This document shows positions 51,801-64,000 of a stretch of DNA of 64,000 nt, piece by piece. The stretch comes from Azolla caroliniana (Eukaryota; Plantae; Polypodiophyta), in NCBI GenBank assembly GCA_043228905.1, contig JBHGNT010000013.1, positions 11,284,001 to 11,348,000 of the forward strand, given 5' to 3'. Position 1 is the first letter of the stretch, and every line of letters starts with the position of its first letter. The notes below the pieces were generated by a model. The model saw only the letters and a program-made list of their open reading frames with translations. It did not search any database and was not told the DNA's origin. The translations under genes and the position numbers were made by a program.

Positions 51801-54800
51801 GTCCACCTATACTTAGAAAACCCTGCTTTCATTTTTCTTTAAGCTCCGTCAAGGCACATCAGAGGCATAAGGAGCATATTCAGCCAAATATATCATGCTC
51901 ACCTATAATATTTCCATGACAATATGGTAACTTGAATGTCTGTTGGGAGAAGGTAGTAGGTACAGGTTAGTATCATGCCCAGAGTGCACTGGCCATGGAA
52001 GGCAATGCATGGTTTAGTTGAATTCGTGGACTAAATGCATGATTTCAGGATCGTGGAAGGATTAGAATTGTTCAAAGTATATAGTTGAATCCAAACAGTA
52101 TCCAAATCTGTGAAGAAATCATCATTAAAATAATTTATTTCAGACCAAGAATTCTTTAGCGATAATGTTTAAGTTATTATGAATATGGTAGAAGAACACT
52201 GCAGGTCAGATTTGGCCAAAGCGACTTTTTACACAAAAAGTTCCCATCGTTGCTTCATAAGGCTACTTGTTTTCCAGATGATTCACTTGAATGGGTTGAA
52301 TGTGAATATATTTGCAATACACGTGCAGTTCAGGGCAGAGTTGAATGTTTTTCATTCTCATTATCAAAACAGTGAACACCCACATGCACAAGAAGAGGTC
52401 TAACTTATAGCATGTGAACACCCACATGCAAAATAAGAGATCCGTAATACACTGATATATCATCTACAGGTTAGTATACGTAAATACAAGAGATTTCCAA
52501 ACACAAAATTGATATAGTACAAAATTTCCAAAGCACCTGGAGATCACTTGCGAGACTCGGCACATTTCTGCTCTGCTCTGCCATTGCAGCATCTACGACG
52601 ACATCGGGGAATGCTGTGGATAATGCTGTAGTCGCCATTAACAATGCAGCTAACCAAGGTGATGGCCCTGACAGCATTGATAGTAACCATAAGGAGCATG
52701 CTCCTAGAATACCACAAATAGCAAGATATGGCCATCGCTGAAATCTGTCGTCAAAATAGATTATTGAATAGTCTGAGGTGTTTGATTTTCATAGCAAAAG
52801 CTTGCTAGTTATTCACCTAGACTGGAATACTGTTGAACCTCATTTTCTATATTTTATCATAAACAACTTACCCAGCTATGGGGAATGTGTCAATGATGAG
52901 ACCATAAAGAGGTTTGATGCTCCACGGCATCCCGATGAGAGCCTGCATAATATTGAAAATCAAATTATGTCTTCCTTGATTGGCATCTGCAAATGCTGAT
53001 GCTTTAAGGATAATTCTACCATAAGCGAATTTCTGGAAAGGCAATACGATGACTTAACATAAACCCACATCTTGCCTCCTGAATGCCTTTTATGCATTGA
53101 TGGAATTATGAGATGTTTAAAGAAAGAAAGATTTATTAATGTCTTCTAAGAGGCCACAAAGGAAAATGGGAACAAACAAGGGATTACATCTTAAAATCTT
53201 GTCTCATCTTTGAGAACAAACCAAAATAAATATAACTAAATCAGTAAATTTGCCTAAGTAGCCATACAATATTGTTAGCTAAGCACTTAAGATTCTGAAC
53301 TTTGATGAGCTGAAACTCCTTCCTTTGAGAGGTCTCCAACATAGACAAGTCAACCATGGAGAGGTATCTGAAGCAAAGGACAAACCTTCAGTTTCAGGTG
53401 ATAATGGCCTTGATTTGTCAATGCCAAGGGTGACAAGGGAGTGGTCCAGACGGATATATCCTACATGCAGAACTAGTTTCTATTGCCTGACCTATTGTAC
53501 CCATTTTTCAATGTTTTGGTCCAGAGCCTAGTTGTGTGACCCTTAATTGACTTGAAGCATGAATGGTGATGGAGCTAAAGAAAGTTGTGATGGTTTTTGT
53601 GGATGAGTTATTGCAGATGTATTGTTTTCTTCGACAACTTAACTTTGTCTCTTGATTTCTAGCAACAGTACTCCCAAGAATCGTTGGTCTTCACATAGCA
53701 TTACCTTGAAGAATAGGCCATCACCATGTTTGGAGAGGCAATGGGATCCTCCCTTTATAAAAAACAGTAAAACAGCAACCATAATATCCTCTGATTCTAC
53801 ATCTTGATGACACAATTGGTAGATCTGTTCTCACATAGATTTGCATGCATGTGTGCCTATCTATTCTTAACTAATGTGAAGAGGTTCTAAGCTGCTCTGT
53901 CCCACTATGGAACGCATATGATAGATTTTCATGCATGTGTGCCTATATGTGTATCCATATAAGAGGGCTCATAATCAATCCATCCTGCAATGCGTAAAAA
54001 GAGGGCCTTACAGAGTGGATCATCTTCCTATCAAGACATTTGTGGGCTGATCCACTTCATCACTACCTAACATAACAATATGAGTTTGAAAGATCATTCT
54101 ATTATTTCCATTTGATCATGTCCAAGTGTGGAAAATCCAAGATATATTCGGACAGTCGTAGTGCATCTAACTTTATGCCCTGTGATTAATGCCGTTCTTG
54201 CATTTCAGCAACACCGACAGTGAGTATCTCCATGTTCTGCCAGTTACTTTCATGACATATATGTCAATCTTAGAGTACCTTTTCATAAATAACAGTCCCT
54301 GATTGGAATAGTGCCTTGTTCATTATTGGTCTGCACTGATGCTTTGCTCCTTATCGTGAGGACAATCATCAAGACTAAGGATCTATCCAAATCTCTCCAG
54401 TTTTGTGTCGTATATAGGCTCAGGTCCCAAGTTTCTAGCCGGTAGGGAAGAGCCAACATTACAAATGTAGCAAACAGCCACAGTTTTAACTGTAGTTCTT
54501 AGAATTGTATGTGCACGCATTTTAATTTAATGATTTCATTGGCTGCATATCCACGAGAAAGTCGAGCACAGGCAGCCTCCCAAATGTCAGTTCTGATCTT
54601 GTTACCTAAGCTTGAGAGGTGTTAAACACCATTTCTTTAGTTTATCAGTGTTTATCGACAAATCTTTGTCTGTACAAAATGGCTTTAGAGCAACTCCATG
54701 TCTTTAAAGTCTCTCTGAAGAGTCTGAAACCATTGAAACAGCAGAAAATTGCTAGTGTTCACAATGATCTGACTTCATTGTTCAGCCTTAGGCTAAGGGC

Positions 54801-56821
54801 TGTTATTCTGTAGCCAGAATCCATATCTAACTGCAATCTTTTGTATATTTCTGCTTTAATATTAAGAGGGCATGTTGCTTCAGTACATCAGCCATGAGTG
54901 ACCATATAGAAACATTGAAATCATATCAGATGAACAGTTTGGATTTTATGAGAATTATGCAAATCCTTGCCAAACTATGAAACTTCTTGTATACTTATGC
55001 CATTATCAAAAGGAACTCGGATGGAAAATGTATATCTGCAAGAGGAAGGAAAAAAATATCATATTTGCGATAAAGAACAATTTTGAGTTCATTAAATATC
55101 AAATCATAAGGATCCAAACTCATCAAAGCATTGGTTGATTTAAGTATGTAGGGATATGATACAAATCAAAATTCTTTAATCAATGGATTATTCATAAACC
55201 ACAGACCAAACTGTAATTTTGTAGCAATGAGGAGAGGACATAGCAGTATATCCCTTCTTATATCCTAGAGTTGCCAGGATCTTGGCCTCAAATAACTCAA
55301 GAAAGAAACCAATAAGTGTTTTACCTGAAAAGCTTGTGTTGAAGAAGGCTGTAATTTCTGAACATCTTTCCAATAATAGTTAGTCGCCAGACCTCTTACA
55401 GTTCCAACATAACCCTCACTCACTCCATACACTATTATCACCACTGCCATGAACGGAGAACCAAAAGCTTCCTTTAACCTTTGAAGCCATTCAATAAATT
55501 TTCTCGGAATGTTCCAAATTTTCACACTCCGATTTTCTTCATCCTCTATTCTTTTTATTCCAATTTCTCTATTCTTGAGATCAACCTTGCTATAATTCGA
55601 TTCGAGCGAAAGGCTCTTTATCAATAAGCTGGTTTCACCTTCTTCCTCCGATATCCTACATGTTTTTGTTGTGATAACACCAGCTTATGTTAAATGAATT
55701 GGAGCCCCTTAAGAAGTATCATATTAGATACAAATTAATTACAATGAAGAAAAGTTTCCACTACAAGTGCTAGCAACAATGACTGATATATGCACAGATG
55801 GTTATGATAAGGCCATCACATCTATGATCATCCAAGAGGTACACGCTTCCATTTCTGTTTCCTTCATTTCATATGAGTGCTAGAAACAATGATTGATTTA
55901 TGATGAGGAGGGTATGAGTAGGCCATTAATTGCATGACAGTCCACATTTCCAACTCAGTTTCCAACATTTCCTATAAGTACCAGGAACAATGATTAATAT
56001 ACACATTCAAGAGTTTCCCTCCTGATTAGGCCAATTAGTTGATGATCATTATGTGATACACACATCCATTAATTATATCATTGTCTACATGTACTGATTT
56101 ACATCCCACTGAAGTTGAAAATTGATGAATTGTTTTAAGATTCTAAGATCCATTTTCCCCCCATATTAAGAAGTTTCCATCACCATATGCACACATTTGT
56201 GGAAGAATACCAATAGTGACAGATCTGGATTACGCTAAACCATGCTGACAAAAAATTTGAAATGCACCCTAGTAAAGTGAACTTTCATAGTATATCAGAT
56301 GGTAGATCGTCTATGATAGAATGTAGACATCAATCATACGTCATGATGTTAGATTTGATGATGAAAAAAGAAGGTACTTTCTCGAAAAATTCAATATTAT
56401 TCAGAAGATGGGTAGCTTAAAACATTGAAAACGATCTAGCTGAAAAAGAATGGCCTTGTATACTCAAGTAAAAGAAGTAATTTTTCGTAAAAACAAACCA
56501 CAGATCCATCAATAAGATCAAATAAATCTAATCCACGCAACAAAAATGATTATAAACCTCCATAAATTCAACAAATCTTGCCCGGATTACAAATTAAATC
56601 TCTCCTTGACTTCAAAATAAATCATCTTACAAAATCAACAAAAGAACACTTCATCTTTCTTACAAGACAAGAAAAGAACACGGGGCCTTAGAAGAAAAAG
56701 AGTTGAAACAAATCATAGGATTTTAAAACGACTGGGAATGTTGAGATAACTCAGTAAGAAAACTAAAACCAGGTTAAATTTTGGGACTGCAAAGTGTGAA
56801 AGCTTACGCAGGAGGAGCCAT
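48894..56821 (-). CDS. Folate/biopterin transporter (BT1 family, MFS)
   Basis: Exons 56821-56808, 55655-55325, 52942-52872, 52744-52537, 51160-50885, 50104-49916, 49445-48894; motifs YYWKDVQKLQPS, PWSIKPLYGLIIDTFPI, DVVVDA, ARLCPPGIEGTVFAFLMSLSNFG. Confidence 0.92.
50371..50740. mobile_element. hAT-like MITE in a BT1 intron
   Basis: TIRs CATTGTTGT / ACAACCATG; degenerate 8-bp TSD CTTACAGG/CTCACAAG. Confidence 0.75.
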
Positions 56822-57041
56822 GGATTGGTGACAGGAATCACTACTGACAGATCACCATCCTCATCATCATCGTCTTGTGCTGCTGCTGCTGCATCGTCTT
56901 CTTCATACATATCATTTGCTGTGGTATACTTGCCTTGCGGTTCCTGTAGGCTGTCATGGGAAATGGTCTAAAGCTATGGTCAACATAAACATCAGGGCCA
57001 TGGTTAACCAACATAGGGCTGGCCTCAACTATTCTCAAATG

Positions 57042-57166
57042 TGGACATGGACATGGACATGGACATGGACATGGACATGGACATGGTGTGGACATGGACA
57101 TGGACATGGACATGGTGTGGACATGGACATGGACATGGACATGGACATGGTGTGGACACGGACACG
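57042..57166. repeat. (TGGACA)n hexamer array upstream of BT1
   Basis: About 20 units with periodic TGGTG interruptions; TCACGTGACG at 57201-57210. Confidence 0.9.
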
Positions 57167-59068
57167 GTTTACGCAGGACGATAGATTTCCAATGCCCGCC
57201 TCACGTGACGCCCATCTTGCACTATATCCCATCGTACGGACTTCACTTTTAACACAACTCATCAGTGTGAACATCATCATAACTCTAACATGGGCTAGGG
57301 GGTGCCATAAATTAGAAAAGGCAAAAGAAAAAATGCTTCACACTTCAACCAATGCAAATAGTTGATTTGGTATTTAACGAAATACGGTGTGCTCAAACAA
57401 ACCTTTGCACTCGACTAACCCACAAAAGCTCCGAAAGAATAGAATATGGTTGAAAAACGAAGCCATTCAATAAAGTGGTGCATACTATGATGATAAGAAG
57501 GCAAATAATAAGGGGGAAGAAAATTTGGCAATCCCTAAACAATCCCCCATCTATTATATATACATCTAAATATTCTTCCCCCAACTCATCATGCTAGCAC
57601 AATACCCCACTCACAAAAAACTCGTCATCGTCATCTTCATGCTCACCCATCATGAGACTCACAACCCTAATCAAGTTTTTATTGATGCAAACATTGTTTT
57701 TATGTGCTTGAAAATATAAGATCATAGGTTGAGAGGGAAATGAAAATCATTTCCTAATAGGTAAGGGGATGGATTGTTAAATTAATTACTTGGAAGGCTA
57801 GAAGAACTTCCAAAGACTTGAAAAGTGTTTAAACCCGAGCACCCTTCTTTTTTCTCTCATCATTGCAATGTGTATCCAATATACTAAATTCCTATTGTTT
57901 TCTACCTATGAGCAGTCATATATATAGTATGGCCTTGGCTTTCTATTAGGTTTTGCTAAAAAACAATGCACATTTTCCTTGCATATCTCAATACAATGCG
58001 GTAGCCTTAAATCATTGATGCAAGACCTTACTTTTGCTCAACACCAACGTACAACAATATTTTAATGATATAAAAAAATTGAAAATTTCAGTATGACTTC
58101 AGATATAACAACAAGGTAGTTCATGGTAGTCTAGTAGCTTCACCCACCTACTCATTTTGAACATCCAATTTTCCACAGCCCCTGGCCTGCCACTGAGCAA
58201 TATTGATAAATGAACGTTAAACTCCATGTGCATCAAAGTAGTTTGTTTGAAGAAAAAGTTTATGCATGAGCCATATATTGAGTTCTCTAGGGCACAGATT
58301 GCTAGAGAAAAAAAAAGGCTTATATCTGTTTTTAGTGCTTGTACAATTAAATGATTGTTACTAAAACCTAACAATAATTTCGCTTTGAAAATATAATAGA
58401 ACATACTGAAAACAATTCAATTAAATTTTGTGGATCCAAGGACACTTTGCAAGCACACCTAAATTTTGAGCTTTGGATACCCCTGCATGTTCATCACATA
58501 TTCCTACAACTTCATGCATAAACCCAAGACATTGTACTCTTATGTGTATGTACATTATCCAATCCATGAGATAAAAATGGCATGCCATTGGGGGGGGGTC
58601 AAATCTGATAGCTCACTCAAAGGTATATGGTATATACATCTCAATGTCTCGTACTTCCAGACTTTGACACTATAAGCAAATTACACTGATTATATGTGAT
58701 ATCAACCAGATATTACAAGAGAGTAAATTCCAATATATGTGATGATACAAAAACGTATCATATACTGCATATCACAAGTGAAGCAGGCATCCACCCATTT
58801 TCGGCCCCACCCTTCTCAAGTCATAAACAAGACTTCTTTTCTGTACAGTAGATATTCCGCCTTTGCAAGCTTTTCTGCATTAAAAAACTACAGAAATGTC
58901 AATATTTTACCCTTTCACATAAACCCTGGATGAAGAAAATATTTCCCGATATGGCTCACCCAAAAGCTTATTTTTTATCATTTTCATGCATGCGATCTCT
59001 TTCAGCACAGAATCCTGTTGATCCACACCTAATCATTGAGATATTGAATCTCTCCCATTAGAACACTG

Positions 59069-62000
59069 TTACTGTATGGATGGATCAACCACTTTCTTCC
59101 CCTTCTTCCCTTTTTTTTTTCCAGATCTAACTACTTCAAAATCATTCTCATCCTCCACAGCTTTTCTATTTATAGTCTCTGTCCATTTCTCCCTCTCTAA
59201 GGAATTCAACTCATCTGTAATTACAGCATCACTGGTTGGGAAAACCACACGGGCTAACTCTGGTGAAATTGACTCCTTTCGTCGAAGAAATTCAGCCTTG
59301 AATGCCTCCACTATAGGTCCATCACCAAGATACATTGTGAGATAATCACCAGCTTCAGATACAGATGGTACACCCATGCAAAACTCTAAAAGAGACATGT
59401 CTGCAAATCAAAGTTAAGGCTCCAACAATGCAATATTAGTCGAACATCTTTTCTTAAAATGTAAAATAAAGGATACCGCCCTTTCCACTAAATCGTTTTA
59501 TCTGTTCTTCACACCATTGTCGAAATGCTTTTGCTTCAACGACACTAGATGTCTGTTGTCCATTTTCTGCTACTAAATCTACGATTAGTCCTATAACAAT
59601 GAAATAATATATGAAAAGAGTCATACACAAGAACATACCTTCAATATGTTTGCTTAAGACCTTAACTGCAGGTGACTGGGTGACTGTTGTCTTTAATGCC
59701 CTACCTACTGTTGCATGTGGATGCATGGTTCCGTTTGCTTTGGATAAATGTTCTGCCATAGTTTGTTCCTTCTTTGACGGTGTCTTCTGATCCATCCTGA
59801 GATGAGAGCAATATGAGTTAGACAAGCCTTGCAAAAAGAAAATGCAACAGCACTAATCATACTGTAAGGAAGATTGCTTTAAAAAGTCACCGTTCTGACT
59901 TTGATGATTGTTTCCTATTTTCTGTATTTGTATAATTCCAGAAAAGCTCATCATCATTGCTGATACCCATCTTTGACTTAGGGTTTTCCTGAGATACTGT
60001 TTGAGCTTTAGAGTGACCTGTTGATTGTAACGTCGACAGCAGAGGCCTTTGCCATGCAGATGTGTTATTATTTATGGGTACTGCTGAGCTAGACACTCTT
60101 GGCGACACAGACTGTATCTGTTGAGCAACTTGAAGATTTTGTTCATGTTCATCCCTTGCCTTTTTCTCTGCTTCTTGGATCTCTTTCAGTGACTTCGGAG
60201 CCTTTGCCTGTTTATTTGGAACCGTAGACCATGCACCTGAGGAGAGGAAACTTCCTCTTTCTTCTTTGATTGGCAAATCAAGTCCTAATGAAGGGCTTGA
60301 AGGGATTACAGCAGGGGGGCATTCATCCACTCCCATGCTCATTTCAGAAGTTTTCTCCGGGATGTATAAAGCTGCTGAAGAATCAGGTATTGGAACTGCA
60401 ACCATCTTACCAGCCTTACCTTTAACACCCTTCTTGTTTTTCTTTGTATCTTTTGTTTCTACAGTATCAATATCATCAGTGACTATGTGAAAAGATGGGC
60501 TCATTGATGCAGACACATCTTCATCTCGTATATCATGTACGTTATCAACATCGCCATTTGCAGACAGTATGACTGCGCTATATTGTATTGGCTTTGTCTG
60601 TGCATCAAAAGACGACATAACTTCAGAATCTTCTTCAATTGGAATACCAGATTTGATCCAGGAATCAGCTTCTAAAGAAAGTGATGATAGCTCAGATGAC
60701 AATGGCCCACATATGTGTGGCTCCATGTGGGCATCTGCCTCATCTTTTGTTATATTTGTAGCCATTATGTTGTTAGAAGGCATGACACCATCCCAAGAAG
60801 GTTGGGGAAATGGATTCAGCTGGTAATGATCACTAGAAGGTCTTGGAATAGATGATGCTTCAGTCATAAACATTGAATTTGACACCGCACTTCCATCTGA
60901 TGGCAAAGGTGAACGCAGAAGCCTCAGTAATTCTTGACTAGTTAACTGGCGGTGTCCATTACCTTGCAGCTGCTGCATTCTCAAGACATTGTCTTGATTA
61001 TCACCTGAAATCTGCATTAAATGCTCAGCATTGGAAAATCGTTGTGCTTCAATTATATGATCATGCCTATGATCTATATCCTGTTGCCATGACATGCCAG
61101 ATGACTGTTGTTGCCTACTTTTCTGGTTCATCCTTGCATCTCTACCATACATTTTTAGCAGATCCAACTCAACATCCTGAGGTCTCCAACCCCTGCCTGC
61201 AGCAGCTTCATTTGATTCTACAGGGAATGATTGATTCCTGCTAAATAGCTCGGCTTCAAAAGGTATCGGACTGTGTGAAGGTAAATTATTGTGTCCTTCA
61301 AACCTTGGTCTTTGTGCTTGAAGGACTGATAAAGAACTTGTGGGCATCATTTCTGTTCTCAACACTCCACCACGCAACACTGAAATATCCCTTTCTGGTT
61401 GTTGTAGACCCACCATCGTTTGCATGCCTAGTTTTGGTGACTGCAATTGAGAAAAATCTGAATTATGCAAACCTGGAAGATCTACCTGTAGACTTTGACC
61501 CCAATGATGTACTGCAGGAAAGCTTGGATTACGCTGCAGCAGGTGTAATTGTTGCTGCAAGAAGGCTTCATGATTAGGCTGCATCGGAACAGATGCTTGA
61601 GTACGTACAAATTGCCCAAATTCATTGACCTCCCACACTCCAGATACACGTTGCTCATCCAACTTCATCTGCTGCTGTTGGATCAAGTATGCCCGCTGTT
61701 GCTGATTTTGTAGCTCTTCTTCCTGTTGCCTCTGCAATAAGAGTTGAAGCAATGGATCTTCCGACGATCTTTGATGCAAGTGCTCTAGCTGATGCATATG
61801 CATATCAGTAACTCTCATGTTATCATGCATGAGCCGCATCTGATCTGATGGAGGAAATTGTTGTTGCTGCCTTGACAAATGTTCCAAAAGTGGATGTGAA
61901 GGCAACAGTTGCTGTTGAAGCCTCAAGCGTTCCTCCAGATGTGGACCAGTAGCAGGACTCTCAAAGTTGCTTTGCTGCTGCAATCGAGATGACATATGTG

Positions 62001-64000
62001 AAGATGGTAATTGACGTGGGGAAGCCAATTGTTGCAAGGGATGTGATGAAGGAAGGTGATGGAAGACATTCGGGTTAACATCCGGAGGAATTACTGGGTT
62101 GCTACGTTGATCCAAGTGGGAAACTGGTGGCTGGTTCAAAAGTTCTTGCAGTAAATGATGCTGTTGTTGTGACTGATGTGGATGGGGAATACCAGATTGT
62201 GAGAGCTCCAGTTGCTGGTGTAATTGAAGCTTCTCAAGCTGAAGAAGTTGACGCATGTGGAATTCATCTAAACCATGCGAGGAAGAGCTCTCTGTCTGCA
62301 AAGGATCATGCCACACCCCGTCCTGCATCAATGTGACTGAAGAAGATTTGTTTGATGTGGGATGAAGTCCTGGCTGCCAAAACTTGGCTCGTGGTGTTTG
62401 CAACCTTGGGGATGCATATCCATCTGACACTTCTGGGAATGCAGTGGCACTAGTCGGCCATTGTTGTGAAAAAAGAGATTGCTTTGATGATTCCATTTTG
62501 TCTATCTCTATTTCAGGAAATGCAGACATCGTCCGCCGAATGTTGTCAACAAAAGCCTTTGCCGGCATTACGTCCATGCTCTGCTCGCCTGCCTCAAAAA
62601 CTTTATCTAGTGTAGTATACAAAGATAAACTCTATTAGAGTCTAAAATCATTTCACATGGCAAATGGGAAAAGGATAATCCTTAAAAGCAAACCTGACCT
62701 CTTATAGCATGAGTATGTCGAGATTTGGGATCAAGTACAGACTCAGAATGTATGGAAGTGACATCAAAAACTTTGTCTGCTGTAGTAGTACACATTAATA
62801 AATTCTATTAGGGTAGGAACTTATTACACCAACCATAGAAAAAAAAGAATCCTAAATAGTGGAACTGACCTCCTCTAGTATGAGAATGTTGAAATTTGGG
62901 ATCAATTACATCCTCAGAATGTATCAATGTGTGTTCATTACCTTCAATTTGTCTCATACGCTCTACCGATAGCTGTATGGTGGATTCTGGCAGAAAATTA
63001 GTCTCTACAATGGAATCCTCTTTTTCAGGCTTTCTAGCGGCCTCACTTTCCCAGGGCATTTGGGATTCTGTTTTCAAATGAGGCATTATGTTACCTAATG
63101 GAACAAATGGTGCATCTTCAGGGGCATCAGCAAGACGGACTGGAAGATCTGTACCAAAATAACCTAGTTCAAACCAACTGATAATATCAACCCCCATGAA
63201 AGGTCCTTGGATCACTCCTTGTGGATCGGTATAGTAGAAGGAGAGAACTTCTTGGTCAGTCAAGACTTGTTTTTCTTCTAAAAGCTCCTTTTTTTCCTGA
63301 TGATCCATGCTTCTTGGAAGTCTCAGGTCTTCCATGCATTGCACCTCTACATGTTCATCAAATTCCTCTGCCCTCCTACCAGTCATTACAGAGTTGCCAC
63401 ATTCCAGATTAACTGCTCCAGCAAAACCAGCAAAATGACTGGCCTCATTTTCACTGGTGCCAACATCTAGAGTATATGAACGCAAATGAGCCAGATCATT
63501 TGTGTTGTTTGTAATATCACCTGCATAATGGACACGATACAAATCAGTACAACCTCCAAAATTTTCACTCACAACAATGAGTTCACCTCACCCTCTTGCT
63601 GGATAACACGGTCAATCGGTTCAACTGCATTTGATGCACTACTGATCTCTGTTTGGCCTAGAACTTCTTGGGGAGTTTCATATTTGACAACTGTTGAAAT
63701 CGATAATCATAATATGAGCAAGAAAACTGGTATGGGAAGAATTCACTATAATAAGAAACTCTAACCTTCACCAAAATTCTGATTGAAATCTTGATGATTT
63801 CTTGCATCTTTAAGACCTGAGATAATAGCACCACTGCTTGCAATGTTACCTTTCCAAATCTCTTCTAGAGTAGCCTGCCAAAATAGGAAAAGAAAACACA
63901 AGTTGGAAGGTGGCAATAAGCATATATACATGTGACTGCAAGAATGAGCTCACATCTTCCTCCACATCAGGTGTGATAAAAGCTAAAGGCTTAACACATT
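59069..64000 (-). CDS. GYF-domain protein (EXA1/PSIG1/GIGYF-like), 5'-partial
   Basis: Exons ending 63954, then 63874-63766, 63690-63592, 63520-62870, 62776-62699, 62606-59891, 59796-59639, ~59566-59477, 59400-59069; GYF motif FYYTDPQGVIQGPFMGVDIISWFELGYFG; KPLAF..P..EE..LEEIWKG; SLKEIQEAE; FRQWCE; D.SLLEFC. Confidence 0.9.

Noticed and set aside
53300-54900. Possible LINE remnant in the long BT1 intron
   Set aside because: Only weak, ambiguous motif hints by eye; cannot be supported
56841-57365. ORFs with CPCP, WTWT and HVHV repeats
   Set aside because: Translations of the TGGACA microsatellite

Overview
Plant nuclear DNA, most likely a seed-free plant such as a fern. This is inferred from spliceosomal GT-AG genes, nested Ty1/copia and Ty3/gypsy decay, and a HAMP-type hybrid histidine kinase of a kind not known from angiosperm HK families. 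About 1-29 kb is a nested transposon graveyard: several copia families, gypsy and LINE remnants, solo LTRs with TSDs, a hAT-like MITE and a 130-bp foldback element. The genic half holds four candidate genes. (1) An unannotated TATA-driven single-exon small secreted-peptide candidate (29926-30159) with a poly-Met signal region, an AARPL motif and a PSK-like H-x-D-Y-I end reading YICADEC. (2) After a 100-N gap, a hybrid histidine kinase with 15 main coding exons (~996 aa; TM-extracellular Cache-like-TM-HAMP-HisKA-HATPase-REC-REC) carrying strongly bacterial-type motifs. (3) A convergent BT1 folate/biopterin transporter gene. (4) The 3' part of a GYF-domain (EXA1/GIGYF-like) gene with a duplication-born exon and a frameshifted conserved C-terminus. 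All exon models and family calls were made by eye from splice signals and motif recognition; no database searches were run.
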